Shown: positions 26,862-37,160, counted from the first letter of the stretch. The stretch: DNA of 64,000 nt from an uncultured delta proteobacterium (GCA_963806225.1 CAWDXG010000004.1:3584001-3648000); one strand, 5' to 3'. Notes: a model not told the origin generated them from the letters alone. Numbers and translations: made by a program.

Positions 26862-28414
26862 TGGCCACCGATCCCTTCACCAGCGTAGTCCAGCACGCGG
26901 GCGATCTCGCGCCCCGCCTGGCGGTCGATGCCATCGAGGAGCGCGAGCTGCTGCCTGCCATGCTCTCGGAGGTGCGAAGCTTCTGTGCGTCCCACGTCGA
27001 CGGCGAGCGCATCGACCGCGAAGGCCGTCTCGGCGAGGAGTTGCTCGCCGGCGTCGTCGAGCGGGGCTGGTTCGGTCTCACGGTGCCGGAGCGCTTCGGC
27101 GGCGCGGGGCTAACGCTCGCTGCCGCGACGCGCGTCGTGACGGAGCTCGCCGGTCACAACGGCTCGCTGGGCACCTGCGTGGGGCTGCACTCGGGCCTCG
27201 CCATGCACGCGCTGCTCCACCTCGGAAGCGAGGAGCAGCAGGAACGCCACCTGCCGGGCGTCGCGGCGGGGCGCACCCTGCTCTCCTTCGCCGCCACCGA
27301 GCCGAACGCGGGCTCGGACATCTCGGCGGTACACACCACGCTGTCGGAAAGCGACGGCCGGCTCAAGCTCGACGGCTCCAAGTGCTTCGTCACCAACGGC
27401 GGGCTGTGCGGGCTGGTCACCGTGCTCGCCAGGAGCCCGGGGCTCGGCGGCGCGCGCGCCGGCCACACGCTGGTGCTCGTCGATCCGCGCTCGCCCGGCG
27501 TGAGCGTGAGCCGCGAGGAGCACAAGATGGGGCTCAAGGGCTCCTCCACCGTCTCGATCGACTTCGAGGGCGTGGAGCTCGCCCCCGAACAGGTGCTGGG
27601 CGAGCCGTCCCGCGGCCTGGACTACGCCCACCGGGCTCTGTGCTGGGGTCGCACGTTCATGGCAGCGGGCTGTCTGGGCAGTGCCCAGGCCGCGCTGGAC
27701 TCCGCGATTTCGCATACCCACGCCCGGGTGCAGTTCGGCCGCGAGCTGGCGCGCTTCCAGCTCGTGCGCGAAGCGCTGGCCTGCTCGCGCGCAGAGGTCT
27801 ACGCCATCCAGAGCACGCTTCGCCTCGTGTGCGCGCTGGGCGACAGCGGCGCCGGCGATCTGGCGCTGCCCTCCACGATGCTCAAGGTGCTGGCCTCCGA
27901 GGGCGCGTGGCGCGTGGTGGACAGCTCGCTGCAGCTGATGGGCGGTTCGGGCTACATCGAGGACTCGGGCATGGCGCGGCGCCTGCGCGACGTGCGGGTC
28001 ACCCGCATCTTCGAGGGCGCCAACGACGTGTTGCGCTTGAGCCTGGCTTCCGCGTCGCTCACCTGGCCGGCGGACGCGCTCGCCGAGCGGGAACCGGACG
28101 TTTTCGAGCCATTCCACCAGGAGGCCGAGCTGTTCCACGCGACGCTCGCCCAGGCTGCGTCCGCCCTGGCATCGCTCAAAAAGCGTTTCGGTTTCCGGCT
28201 GTTCGAGCAACAGGCAAGGTCGGCGCAGCTGGCCGAGGCGTGGATCGGTCTCTTCGCCGCCCTCGCCGTGCTGCTCCGCCCCACCGACGAGCCCTCGGTC
28301 GCGCGCCTCGCGGTGCGCCTCCAGCTCGACCGCGCCGCGCGCGCGGCAGAGGCCGCCATCGCCGACCGCGACGAGACGCTGACCGGGCTGCTGGACACGG
28401 CAGCGCGCGCCTGA
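26861..28414 (+). CDS. Acyl-CoA/acyl-ACP dehydrogenase with C-terminal extension
   Basis: TGATG coupling to the radical SAM gene. ATEPNAGSD, GSKCFVTNG, KMGLKGS, RVQFG, MGGSGY, RIFEGANDV (catalytic Glu). Confidence 0.9.
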   Translation: MATDPFTSVVQHAGDLAPRLAVDAIEERELLPAMLSEVRSFCASHVDGERIDREGRLGEELLAGVVERGWFGLTVPERFGGAGLTLAAATRVVTELAGHNGSLGTCVGLHSGLAMHALLHLGSEEQQERHLPGVAAGRTLLSFAATEPNAGSDISAVHTTLSESDGRLKLDGSKCFVTNGGLCGLVTVLARSPGLGGARAGHTLVLVDPRSPGVSVSREEHKMGLKGSSTVSIDFEGVELAPEQVLGEPSRGLDYAHRALCWGRTFMAAGCLGSAQAALDSAISHTHARVQFGRELARFQLVREALACSRAEVYAIQSTLRLVCALGDSGAGDLALPSTMLKVLASEGAWRVVDSSLQLMGGSGYIEDSGMARRLRDVRVTRIFEGANDVLRLSLASASLTWPADALAEREPDVFEPFHQEAELFHATLAQAASALASLKKRFGFRLFEQQARSAQLAEAWIGLFAALAVLLRPTDEPSVARLAVRLQLDRAARAAEAAIADRDETLTGLLDTAARA

Positions 28415-28480
28415 AGCCGCCGCGTTGGCCCGAACTATTGACTATTCACACAGCCGGGCGTCGGTGCGAAAATCGCAGGC

Positions 28481-29371
28481 GTGAGGCACTGGGGGAACAG
28501 GCGGGTGGACGTTGCCGTGATCGCAGCGCTGGTGCTGGCCGCGCTGCCGGCCTGCACTTCCAGCGGGAGTCCCTCGACAACGAAGGACGCCGGTACGGAC
28601 TCCAGCACCTGGGGAGCCAGCGACTGCGGGAACTGCGTAGAGTCGAGCTGCACGAGCGAAATCACCGATTGCACGGCCAATCCGGAGTGTGCGGCGAGGT
28701 TGTCCTGTCTGCGCGCTTGCCCTGTGGGCACAGACGGCAACGTGGACTCCAAATGCGAGACTAGCTGCCCAACACCGAACGGGTCGACGGGCCAGACCCT
28801 GGCCACCGCGCTCGATAGCTGCCGCCAGAGCGCGAGCTGCACGGCGTGTGGTGCGGCTCCCTCCGACGCCGGCGACGCGGGGTGCTCGATTGCGCTTCTG
28901 TGCGAGCAGTGCCCGGCGGCTCCCGATCCAGATCCATGCCTGCAGTGCCAACACGAGCATTGCTGCAACGCGTACGCGAACTGCGAAGCGGATAGTGCCT
29001 GTCACGCCTTCAGACAGTGCTGGCTCAGCGACTGCCCAGGCAGCTACACGGAAGCCCAGTGCATCGAGTTCTGCGACCAGAAGGCGCCCGGCGGCTACGC
29101 GAAATTCGCGCCGATCCTCGCGTGCGGCTACATGAGCTGCGCAAAGACCTGCTCCCTGCCGGCCTGCTACGATTGCTTGGCGCAGCACTGCGCCAAGGAG
29201 TTCGTCGCTTGCGAAGGTGACGAGAATTGCTTCCGCGCTTCCGAGTGCCTTGCAGCTTGCGGCTCGACGCAGAAGTGTCTTGACGACTGCGCGGCCAAGT
29301 ACCCGGGAAGTAGGGATGCGTTGCTTGCAGAGGGACAGTGCGCCAAGAATTATTGCGCCGGCAGCTGCTGA
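28481..29371 (+). CDS. Cysteine-rich repeat lipoprotein
   Basis: Lipobox LPAC. Three copies of a C-x2-C-x4-C-x6-C-x5-C-x5-C-x3/4-C unit. Confidence 0.75.
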   Translation: MRHWGNRRVDVAVIAALVLAALPACTSSGSPSTTKDAGTDSSTWGASDCGNCVESSCTSEITDCTANPECAARLSCLRACPVGTDGNVDSKCETSCPTPNGSTGQTLATALDSCRQSASCTACGAAPSDAGDAGCSIALLCEQCPAAPDPDPCLQCQHEHCCNAYANCEADSACHAFRQCWLSDCPGSYTEAQCIEFCDQKAPGGYAKFAPILACGYMSCAKTCSLPACYDCLAQHCAKEFVACEGDENCFRASECLAACGSTQKCLDDCAAKYPGSRDALLAEGQCAKNYCAGSC

Positions 29372-30768
29372 CCGCGGCGTGTGCCGGCACGATCTCCCTG
29401 ACGCCTGGATGCACCAATACGGCGCTCGCGCGGCCCCAACTGCTCGTGATCGTCGACACGAACGCCCCGACGGCACAACAGGTCGCGTCGCAGGACCATC
29501 TCTCCCCGGACGCTGCAATCGATACCGTCAGGATCGACATCATCAGCGACCGGGGAACGGTCGAGGACTACCTGGACGCGGTGGTCCCCGGCCCGCTCGA
29601 CTGGCCACTGTCATTCGGGCTCGCCGGCGCCAAGAGCAGCGTCAAGTTGCGCATCCGTGGCTTCCGTGGGCGATTTGCCAGCCCGGGCGAGCTGAATGGA
29701 AAGACCACGCTGGAGCCGCTGCCCGAGTTTGCGATCGACCGGCTCGTGCAGGTCGAGTTGCCGCCCGAGGGCAAGCGCATCGTAAGAATCACGCTCGACG
29801 AAGACTGCATCGGCCGGCCTCCGCGATTCCTCGCACCCGAGACCACGTGCGTTGACGGCGACATGCTCAGGGGGCCACCGACGGCGGGCGTGGAGGAGGT
29901 GACGAGCGATGCACTACACGAGACCCAGGCGGGAAGTTGGTCGGGCGCGCGCTATACCCCCTGTTCGAACTCGCCCCCGTCTGACCGAGTCTGCATTCCC
30001 GGCGGCTTCTTGGCGATGGGCACCGAGGAGCGCACGGGGCTTGACCCGACGGAGTTCGCTGCAGTCTGGCCTCCACATCCGGTGATGCTCGCGCCATTTC
30101 GCATGGACCGCACGGAGTTCACGGTAGGAAGGTACAAGGGGCTCGTCGCTTCCGGCGCCTACAACGGCGCGGAGCCGGGCACCGGTCCAGAGTGCTCGTG
30201 GCTGGGCGCGGCGAGCACAGCGAACGACAAGATGGCGCTGAGCTGCGTGACCTGGGAAACGGCTAGAGCCCTTTGCCAGGCGGCGGGAGGCGACCTACCG
30301 ACGGAGGCACAGTGGGAATACGCAGCGCGGGGGCGTGGCGAGGGTCTCCGCTATCCGTGGGGCGACGAGCCTCCGGACTGCTGCGTGGCCAGCTTGTCCA
30401 GGCATTCTTCGTCGGGAGTGACGGTAGCCTGCGCTGGCACCGGACCGGAGCCCGTGGCCGCCCACCTCCCGTCCGCGAGTTGCAGCGGCCTCGGCGACGT
30501 GTCGCGCGATGGCGTGCTGGACCTCGGAGGAGGTCTCACTGAATTCACGCTGGACAACTCCGAGGACTACTCGGCCGACTGCTGGAACACTCCGGGGATC
30601 CTGCGGGATCCGCGATGCAACGTGAAAGGAAACAAATCGCGGATTTCGCGCGGCGGCGACTGGAGCTCTGGTGCTGCGCTCGCCATTTCCGTGCTCAGGC
30701 GACTGACCATCCACAACGAAAACGGTAGTTACCTGGGGTTCCGGTGCGTCTACGCGGAGGGAGGTTGA
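29338..30768 (+). CDS. Exported FGE-sulfatase (SUMF1/C-type-lectin-fold) domain protein
   Basis: IPGGFLAMG, MDRTEFT, LPTEAQWEYAARG, YPWG, RGG, GFRC. Confidence 0.85.
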   Translation: MRQELLRRQLLTAACAGTISLTPGCTNTALARPQLLVIVDTNAPTAQQVASQDHLSPDAAIDTVRIDIISDRGTVEDYLDAVVPGPLDWPLSFGLAGAKSSVKLRIRGFRGRFASPGELNGKTTLEPLPEFAIDRLVQVELPPEGKRIVRITLDEDCIGRPPRFLAPETTCVDGDMLRGPPTAGVEEVTSDALHETQAGSWSGARYTPCSNSPPSDRVCIPGGFLAMGTEERTGLDPTEFAAVWPPHPVMLAPFRMDRTEFTVGRYKGLVASGAYNGAEPGTGPECSWLGAASTANDKMALSCVTWETARALCQAAGGDLPTEAQWEYAARGRGEGLRYPWGDEPPDCCVASLSRHSSSGVTVACAGTGPEPVAAHLPSASCSGLGDVSRDGVLDLGGGLTEFTLDNSEDYSADCWNTPGILRDPRCNVKGNKSRISRGGDWSSGAALAISVLRRLTIHNENGSYLGFRCVYAEGG

Positions 30769-32123
30769 GCGTGCGCCGGCGCGGACTAATGCTGCCGATG
30801 CTTCTCCTGTGCAGCGGGGCGGCGTGCGGGGGGAAGACGGTTGCACCGCGCGATCAGTGGACTGTCGTCGTCGCGACGGACGCTCCGTTGCCACAGTTCG
30901 GCGATCGCCTACTCATCGAAGTGCTCGACGACCAGGGCGACGCCGCCTGCGCGGGATGCCGCCGGCAACTGGGCATCCCGAAGCACTGGCCGATCTCGTT
31001 CGGCATCATGCCGCTGAAGTCGAGCGCTCCAATGCACGTGCGCGTCCGCCTGTACCGCAGCGCGGCCACGGGCGGCGACGGGCTCCCCCTCGGCTACTCG
31101 TTGATCGACGCACTCGGGACACTGCCGGACGCGCACGGCGACGCACACGTGTACTTGAAGCTGGGCATGGACTGCTTCGGCATGCTGGCTTCACCCACCA
31201 AGCACCGGGCCTGCGACCCGAAGACGGGCAAGCTGGGCGCGGAGCAGGTGCTGCGCCCGTTGCCATCGTCGCTGCCTGCACCAGGAAGCTGGCCCAAAGC
31301 CACGGAGCGTGACTGCGAGGGCGCTGCTCCCGACGGGATGGTCTGCGTTCCGGGCGGGGTGTTTCTACTGGGCAGCCCGCGTCTCTTCATCGGCGATCCG
31401 GACCGGGCGCCCACTCCCGAGCATCTGGTGCGGCTTTCCCCCTACGCACTCGACGCGGACGAATTCAGCGTGAAGGCAATGCGGGAGCTGGTCATGGCAG
31501 GAAAGGTGGACGCGCCCCTGAAGAAGGGCGTCGACGCCGGCTCCGACATGTGCACGTGGCTCGGCGTCAATGACTCCACCGATGACGCGCTGCCCGTCAA
31601 CTGCGTGAGCTACGCCCAAGCGGACGCCGCCTGCAGGACACTCGGCAAGCGGTTGCCCACGGAGGCGGAGTGGGAGTTTGCCGCCGCCAACCGGACCCAG
31701 GAAACCAGCTACCCGTGGGGCGAGGACGGCGAGAACCCTTGCGAGAAGGCAGTGGTCGCGCGCGAGGCAGGCGCGACGGGACCAGGCTACTGCCTATTTG
31801 CAAGCGGAGGCGTGGCCGGTCCTGCAGCCGGCGGCAACAAGACCGACGCGACAGCGCTTGGCATCCGGAACCTCGCCGGCAACGTCAGCGAATGGGTCGC
31901 CGATTGGTTCTCACCGTACTCGGCGGGATGCTGGAACAGGCCGGGACTACTCGTGGACCCGGTGTGCGCAACGCCGACAGCGACTTCGGGGGGCGACGAG
32001 CGTTCAATCAGGGGGGCGGCCTGGAGCTCGACCGCAGCCCAGGCGAAAACCTATGCGCGGACCGCCGGCCCACCCAACAAGTTCTACCTATCCAGCGGTT
32101 TCCGTTGCGCCCGCTCGATGTGA
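30765..32123 (+). CDS. Exported FGE-sulfatase (SUMF1/C-type-lectin-fold) domain lipoprotein, paralog of the upstream gene
   Basis: TTG start in a TTGA overlap after GGAGG. GAAC lipobox, LPTEAEWEFAA, YPWG, GNVSEWVADW, GFRCA. Confidence 0.85.
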   Translation: MSVRRRGLMLPMLLLCSGAACGGKTVAPRDQWTVVVATDAPLPQFGDRLLIEVLDDQGDAACAGCRRQLGIPKHWPISFGIMPLKSSAPMHVRVRLYRSAATGGDGLPLGYSLIDALGTLPDAHGDAHVYLKLGMDCFGMLASPTKHRACDPKTGKLGAEQVLRPLPSSLPAPGSWPKATERDCEGAAPDGMVCVPGGVFLLGSPRLFIGDPDRAPTPEHLVRLSPYALDADEFSVKAMRELVMAGKVDAPLKKGVDAGSDMCTWLGVNDSTDDALPVNCVSYAQADAACRTLGKRLPTEAEWEFAAANRTQETSYPWGEDGENPCEKAVVAREAGATGPGYCLFASGGVAGPAAGGNKTDATALGIRNLAGNVSEWVADWFSPYSAGCWNRPGLLVDPVCATPTATSGGDERSIRGAAWSSTAAQAKTYARTAGPPNKFYLSSGFRCARSM

Positions 32124-32134
32124 GGACACGCCCG

Positions 32135-33208
32135 ATGCAAGCCCGAACCTTCTCGCTCACACTGGTCGCCGCGATGCTTCTGATGTGTACCACCGCAACA
32201 GCCGCTGGGCCCGGTGACGCACCCGCGAACAACGATGCCGCCGAAGCATCGAACACAAGCAAGGACGCCCAGAACCCAAAGCTCTTGAAGGCGAGGGAGC
32301 AGTTCGAGCGCGGCGTCGAGGGGGTCAAGCAGGCGAACTGGGCAACGGCGCTGTCCGCCTTCGAGCAGTCCGCGGCGCTGCGCCCGCACGCAACCACGAC
32401 CTTCAACATCGGCGCCTGCGAGCGTGCCATGGGGCGCTATGCGCGGGCGCGCGAGGATTTCCGGGCCGCGCTGGCCCGGAACAACGCCCACGCGGGCGAG
32501 CTGGCCGAAAGCCTGGTCAGCGAGGCGCAGGGCTTCGTCGAGGAAATCGACCGCCTGCTCGCGCGCGTGGACGTCACGCTGAAACCGTCGACCGCGGCTA
32601 TCTCGGTCGATGGCAGGCCGCTACGCGCCGTCACCGAGCAGGGGAAGACAGTCTGGGTCGGCGGTCTCGAGCAGCCCGGCCGCGGCAGGGTGCTCGGCAA
32701 GCCTTCGTTCCGCATGGAGCTGGATCCCGGAGTGCACGTGCTGACGCTTGCACGGAAGGGCTACACCGACGCGGTCGTCAACAGGACCTTCTCGCCCGGC
32801 AGCGACACGAGACTGGATCTGGAGCTTGCGCACCTGCCCGCCAGAATCGAGGTCTCGTCGAACGTCCGCGGCGCCATCGTCACGGTGGATCGCCGGGACT
32901 TCGGCCCGGTGCCGGTCACCGTGCTCAGGCCCGCCGGCAGCTACCGCGTCGTGGTGACCAAGAAGGGCTACGAGGCCTACGAGGCCCAGGTCGCCGTCAA
33001 GGCGGGCGAGGAGTCGAAGCTCAGGGCACGCCTTGTCGTAGAGAAGACCCCCATCACCAAGCGCTGGTGGTTCTGGACCGGCGCGGCGGCCGTGGTGGCA
33101 GGCGGCGTATTGACGACCTATGCGCTGACGCGGCCCAAGCCGAGCCCGCCGCCCTACGACCGCGGCTCCACCGGCTGGCTCGTCAAGCCAACTGCATTGT
33201 CGTTCTAG
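32135..33208 (+). CDS. TPR + PEGA domain membrane/exported protein
   Basis: Signal peptide, TPR-like helices (AREQFERG...FNIGAC), two PEGA-like units (ISVDG; SNVRGAIVTVD...VTKKGYE), C-terminal KRWWFWTG. Confidence 0.85.
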   Translation: MQARTFSLTLVAAMLLMCTTATAAGPGDAPANNDAAEASNTSKDAQNPKLLKAREQFERGVEGVKQANWATALSAFEQSAALRPHATTTFNIGACERAMGRYARAREDFRAALARNNAHAGELAESLVSEAQGFVEEIDRLLARVDVTLKPSTAAISVDGRPLRAVTEQGKTVWVGGLEQPGRGRVLGKPSFRMELDPGVHVLTLARKGYTDAVVNRTFSPGSDTRLDLELAHLPARIEVSSNVRGAIVTVDRRDFGPVPVTVLRPAGSYRVVVTKKGYEAYEAQVAVKAGEESKLRARLVVEKTPITKRWWFWTGAAAVVAGGVLTTYALTRPKPSPPPYDRGSTGWLVKPTALSF

Positions 33209-33209
33209 A

Positions 33210-34680
33210 ATGGCAAGCTCGCTCGTCCCCGGCGCTATCATCTCCGAGCGCTACCGTCTCGAACGCCTGATCGGCGAGGGGGGAATGGGGGCGGTGTGGT
33301 CTGCGACGCACCTCATCACGCGCAAGCACGTCGGGCTGAAGTTCCTGAAGGGCGCCGTGATCAGCGAGGCGCTCCTGCGCCGCTTCCTCCGGGAGGCGCG
33401 GGCCGCAAGCGCCGTCAACCATCCCAACGTGCTCGCGGTCCACGACGTGATCCAGCTGCCGGACGGGTTGCCGGTGATGGTCATGGACCTGCTCCACGGC
33501 GAGTCGCTCGCCGAACGGCTGGCTCGCGCGCGGAAGATCCCCCTCGCGGAGCTGGCGCAGATTCTGGTGCCGGTCATCTCTGCGGTCGGGACCGCGCACG
33601 CGGCCGGCATAGTCCACCGCGATCTGAAGCCGGACAACATCTTCCTGCACGTGCGCCCCGATGGTGAAGCGGTGCCCAAAGTGCTCGATTTCGGAATCGC
33701 CAAGCTCAGCTCGAAGGAAGGCGAAGCGGCGGCGACGGCGCACCTGACGCAGACCGGCGCGCTGCTCGGGACTCCCTACTACATGTCGCCGGAACAGGTC
33801 TTCGGCGAGAAGGATCTGGACCAGCGCGCCGACGTTCTGGTCGATGGGCGTCATCCTGTACGAGTGCCTGTCCGGGCAGCGGCCGGTGGAGGGCGAGAAC
33901 TACGGACAGCTCTTCAAGGCGATCGCCACCGGAAGCATCACACCGCTCGAACAGGTCGCACCGGAGCTACCCGCCGATGTCACGCGCCTGGTGGCCCGAA
34001 TGCTGTCTCCGGACCGCGCACAGCGGCCCGAGGATCTGCGGGAAGCCTACGACATCCTCTCCCGCTACAGCTCCACCCGGGCAATCTCGTTCGGAGGCGC
34101 AGCGCCAGCGCAGGTGATCACGTCGTCACCGGACGCGAGCACCGGTCCCGATCTAGCGTTCGAGGCCACAGGCGTCGCTCCAGCCGGTGTCCCCGGAGCG
34201 GAGGTCAGCGCGGCCGGTACGTTCTCGCGGACGTCGACCGCCGCGGGCGAGCGCCTTCGCGTGCCGACCAGGCGGCTCTGGCCGGCCGTCGCAGGGGGCG
34301 CCGTGCTACTTCTCGGCACCATCGCTGGCGGCGCGGTGTGGCTCCGGAGCCGGGTGCCGGCGGCGGCCGCCTCGGCGGAGGCCCCCTCGGACTCCAGCGC
34401 GAACGCCGCTGTGGCAAGCGCCGCGGCGCCGCCCTTGGTCGTGCCCACGACCACCGAGCGCGATGCGGGACCGGACGCGGCGGCTGCCAAGTCGCAGCGC
34501 GACGCCGGCAAGGCAAGCAAGCCGCCCCCGCCACGACGCCACGCGCGGACGAAACCGAGCGCCAAGCGGTCGGCGCCGGTCGCGTCCGCGTCCCGGCCCG
34601 CTGCCACAGCGAGCAGCGCGAACACCGCCGGTGCGCAGCAGAAGCTCCCCGGCAGCGTGGTGGGGAAGGTTCCTTTCTGA
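33210..34680 (+). pseudogene. Hanks-type Ser/Thr kinase, membrane-anchored, with a +1 frameshift at ~33835
   Basis: IGEGGMGAV, HRDLKPDN, DFG, GTPYYMSPE. Removing one T from GACGTTCTGG restores DVWSMGVILYECLSG, continuing in ORF 33844..34680. May be an intact gene with a sequencing error. Confidence 0.85.
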
Positions 34681-34772
34681 TTGCGCCCGCGCAATCCCGA
34701 CCCGCGGACCGCCGCTTGCCCGGCCCCTTCCCCTCATGTATCTTCCGACGCCCCCGCACCCAGCCGTCGAAG

Positions 34773-35519
34773 ATGCACAAACCAACGATATCATTGGTGA
34801 TCCCAGCGCTCAACGAGGAGACGGGGATCGTCGCGACCATCCAGCGCGCACCGAAGGACCTGCTGGAGGTGATCGTCGTCGACGGTGGCAGCAAGGACGA
34901 CACCGTCAAGCGCGCCGAGTCGGCAGGCGCCCGGGTGATCGTCGAGCCCCGACGCGGCTACGGCAGAGCGTACAAGGCGGGCTTCAACGCAGCGCGCGGC
35001 GAGCTCATCGCCACGGCCGACGCCGACGGTACCTACCCGGTCGAGATGATCCCGCACGTAGCGGACTTCCTCGAGCGGAAGAAGTTGCAGTTCGTGAGCT
35101 GCTCGCGCTTCCCGCTCGCCGACATGAAGAGCATGCCGGTCATGAACAAGTACGGCAACGTCGGCTTGAGCATGGCGGCGACGCTTTTGTACCTGCATCC
35201 GTTCCGCGACATCTCGTCCGGCATGTGGGTGTTCCGCCGCTCCTTCCTGGAGCAGATGGACCTCGAGACGGAAGGCTGGTGCTTCTCGAACGAGATCAAG
35301 CTGGAGGCGTTCTTCACGCAGCCCGGCAAGTTCGCGGAGTTCGTGGTCCCCTACGACGAGCGCGTGGGGCCCACGCACAACGTCACCATCTGGCGCACCG
35401 GCGTGGAGGTGCTCGGCTTCATGGCGTACAAGCGGCTGCAGCACTTCGTGCGTTCCCGCATCGCGGACCCGAGCCCGGTTCGCCGCGCCCTTGTGCAGAG
35501 CGATGACGACGACGAATAG
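34773..35519 (+). CDS. GT2 glycosyltransferase (polyprenyl-phosphate sugar transferase-like)
   Basis: VIPALNEE, VVDGGSKDDT, RGYGRAY, TADADGTYP, DISSGM. Confidence 0.9.
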   Translation: MHKPTISLVIPALNEETGIVATIQRAPKDLLEVIVVDGGSKDDTVKRAESAGARVIVEPRRGYGRAYKAGFNAARGELIATADADGTYPVEMIPHVADFLERKKLQFVSCSRFPLADMKSMPVMNKYGNVGLSMAATLLYLHPFRDISSGMWVFRRSFLEQMDLETEGWCFSNEIKLEAFFTQPGKFAEFVVPYDERVGPTHNVTIWRTGVEVLGFMAYKRLQHFVRSRIADPSPVRRALVQSDDDDE

Positions 35520-36333
35520 CGACGCCGCTGAGTTCTACGACGAGATGTGGCGGAGCTACGCGCATCTCGACGCGGTGAGCCCGGCAGCGTTTCATCGGCG
35601 CCGCGTCGTGGTGCGCCTCGCGGCAAAGGCCGCCCGCGGCGCCCGCGCGATTCTGGACGTCGGTTGCGGGCAGGGCGAGCTGCTCTCGGAGCTGTCCGCG
35701 GCCTTGCCGGGGGCGAGCGTGAGCGGCGCGGATCTGAGCGAGCAGTCGATAGCCGACAGCCGCAAGAAGAACCCGGACTACGACCTTTTCGTGATGGATT
35801 TGACCGATGCCGAATTCGAACGGAAGCACGCCGAACGGCTTGGCAACTACGACCTGGTCGTGTGCTCGGAGGTCATCGAGCACATCGAGGACGACGGGCT
35901 GGCGGTGCGACGCCTGCGCTCGCTGCTCTCACCGGGCGGACACCTGATCATCACGGTGCCCGGGGGCCGCATGTCACGCTTCGACAAGGTCATAGGTCAC
36001 TACCGGCACTACCGGCCACGCGATCTCGAACGGCTGATGCGGACCAATCGCCTCGAGACCGAGCGGGTGCTGGCCTGGGGCTTCCCGTTCCACAACGTGT
36101 ACCGGACGGCGGTGCGGTTCGCATCCATCGCCACCATCCCGGGGAGCTCGAAGCCGAAGCAGGACAAGGCGCAGAGCGGCGTCGTCAGCGGTGTGCTGGG
36201 GCAGGCCTACACGGTGTTCGGCAAGGCGCTCAAGCCGCTCTTCTACTTCAACCTGTCGCGCTGGGGCGAGCAGATGGTCGTCCTGGCGAAGCGTCCACTA
36301 CATGAACGGAGAGCCCATGAACGCGCCGGCTGA
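35503..36333 (+). CDS. Class I SAM-dependent methyltransferase
   Basis: ILDVGCGQG, CSEVIEHIEDD, ITVP, GHYRHY. Confidence 0.88.
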   Translation: MTTTNSDAAEFYDEMWRSYAHLDAVSPAAFHRRRVVVRLAAKAARGARAILDVGCGQGELLSELSAALPGASVSGADLSEQSIADSRKKNPDYDLFVMDLTDAEFERKHAERLGNYDLVVCSEVIEHIEDDGLAVRRLRSLLSPGGHLIITVPGGRMSRFDKVIGHYRHYRPRDLERLMRTNRLETERVLAWGFPFHNVYRTAVRFASIATIPGSSKPKQDKAQSGVVSGVLGQAYTVFGKALKPLFYFNLSRWGEQMVVLAKRPLHERRAHERAG

Positions 36334-37105
36334 GGCAAGGACGGTGCTGCTCACGGGCGCCGGGCGCGGCATCGGGCGCGCTGCGGCGCTCGAGCTCGCG
36401 AAGAGCACGAGCCTAGAGCTTCTGCTCGTGAGCCGCAGCGACAACGCACTGGCGACGGCGGAAGCGTGCAACGCCGGACGCGCCGGCGCGGCACAGGGTT
36501 TTTCCTGGGACGTGTCGGAAAGCGGCGAGGCGCGCGAGCGCGTGCTCGAGGCGCTCGCCAAGGCTCCCGGCCCCGTCGCGCTGGTCCACGCCGCAGGCGT
36601 GCTCGGACCGACCGGGCCCTTCGCGGAGAACGCCATCGACGAGTGGTGGCAGGCGATGGAGCAGAACCTCGGCGGCGCGGTGCGGCTCGTCCACGCTGTG
36701 CTGCCGCGCATGATCGCCGACAAGGCCGGCCGCATCGTGCTGTTCGCCGGCGGCGGAGCGGCCTACGGCTACCCGAACTTCTCCAGCTACGGCACCGCCA
36801 AGGCCGCTCTGGTGCGCTTCGCCGAGACGCTGGCGATGGAGCTCGGCGACGCGGGACCCATCATCACGATCATCGCTCCCGGCGCGAACGAGACGGACAT
36901 GCTCGCCGAGGTGCGCAAGGCCGGCGGCTACGTGCGCACCACCGTCGACATCTCGGAGCCGTGCACCGCCGTGCGCCGCCTGCTGACCGAAGATACGCGC
37001 GGCCTGAACGGTCGCTTCATCCACGTGCGCGACGAGTGGACGGCCGAGAGCGCTGCGGCGCTGTCCGAGGACTTCTTCAAGCTCCGCCGCGTCGACGGCC
37101 GCTAG
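36317..37105 (+). CDS. Classical SDR oxidoreductase
   Basis: TGAGRGIG, HAAG, YGTAK, IAPG. GGAGAG upstream of ATG 36317. Confidence 0.88.
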   Translation: MNAPAEARTVLLTGAGRGIGRAAALELAKSTSLELLLVSRSDNALATAEACNAGRAGAAQGFSWDVSESGEARERVLEALAKAPGPVALVHAAGVLGPTGPFAENAIDEWWQAMEQNLGGAVRLVHAVLPRMIADKAGRIVLFAGGGAAYGYPNFSSYGTAKAALVRFAETLAMELGDAGPIITIIAPGANETDMLAEVRKAGGYVRTTVDISEPCTAVRRLLTEDTRGLNGRFIHVRDEWTAESAAALSEDFFKLRRVDGR

Positions 37106-37160
37106 GCTGCCGCTGACCGCGATCCTTTTCGTACCGGCGCTCTCGCGCTAGACCGGGGCC

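Noticed and set aside
21353..28414. Sphingolipid, ladderane, aryl-polyene or type II PKS cluster
   Set aside because: No serine palmitoyltransferase, chain-length factor, second KS, dehydratase or cyclase is present, so the gene set does not fit those families as I know them.
29338..32123. FGE/C-type-lectin domains as diversity-generating retroelement targets
   Set aside because: No reverse transcriptase is in the window, and I found no template repeat differing only at adenines from either 3' end. A remote DGR cannot be excluded.
33210..35519. Apparent Ser/Thr kinase-glycosyltransferase fusion (769-aa ORF)
   Set aside because: Artefact of the +1 frameshift at ~33835. The middle is off-frame Arg-rich text, the kinase continues in 33844..34680, and the GT2 has its own ATG at 34773.
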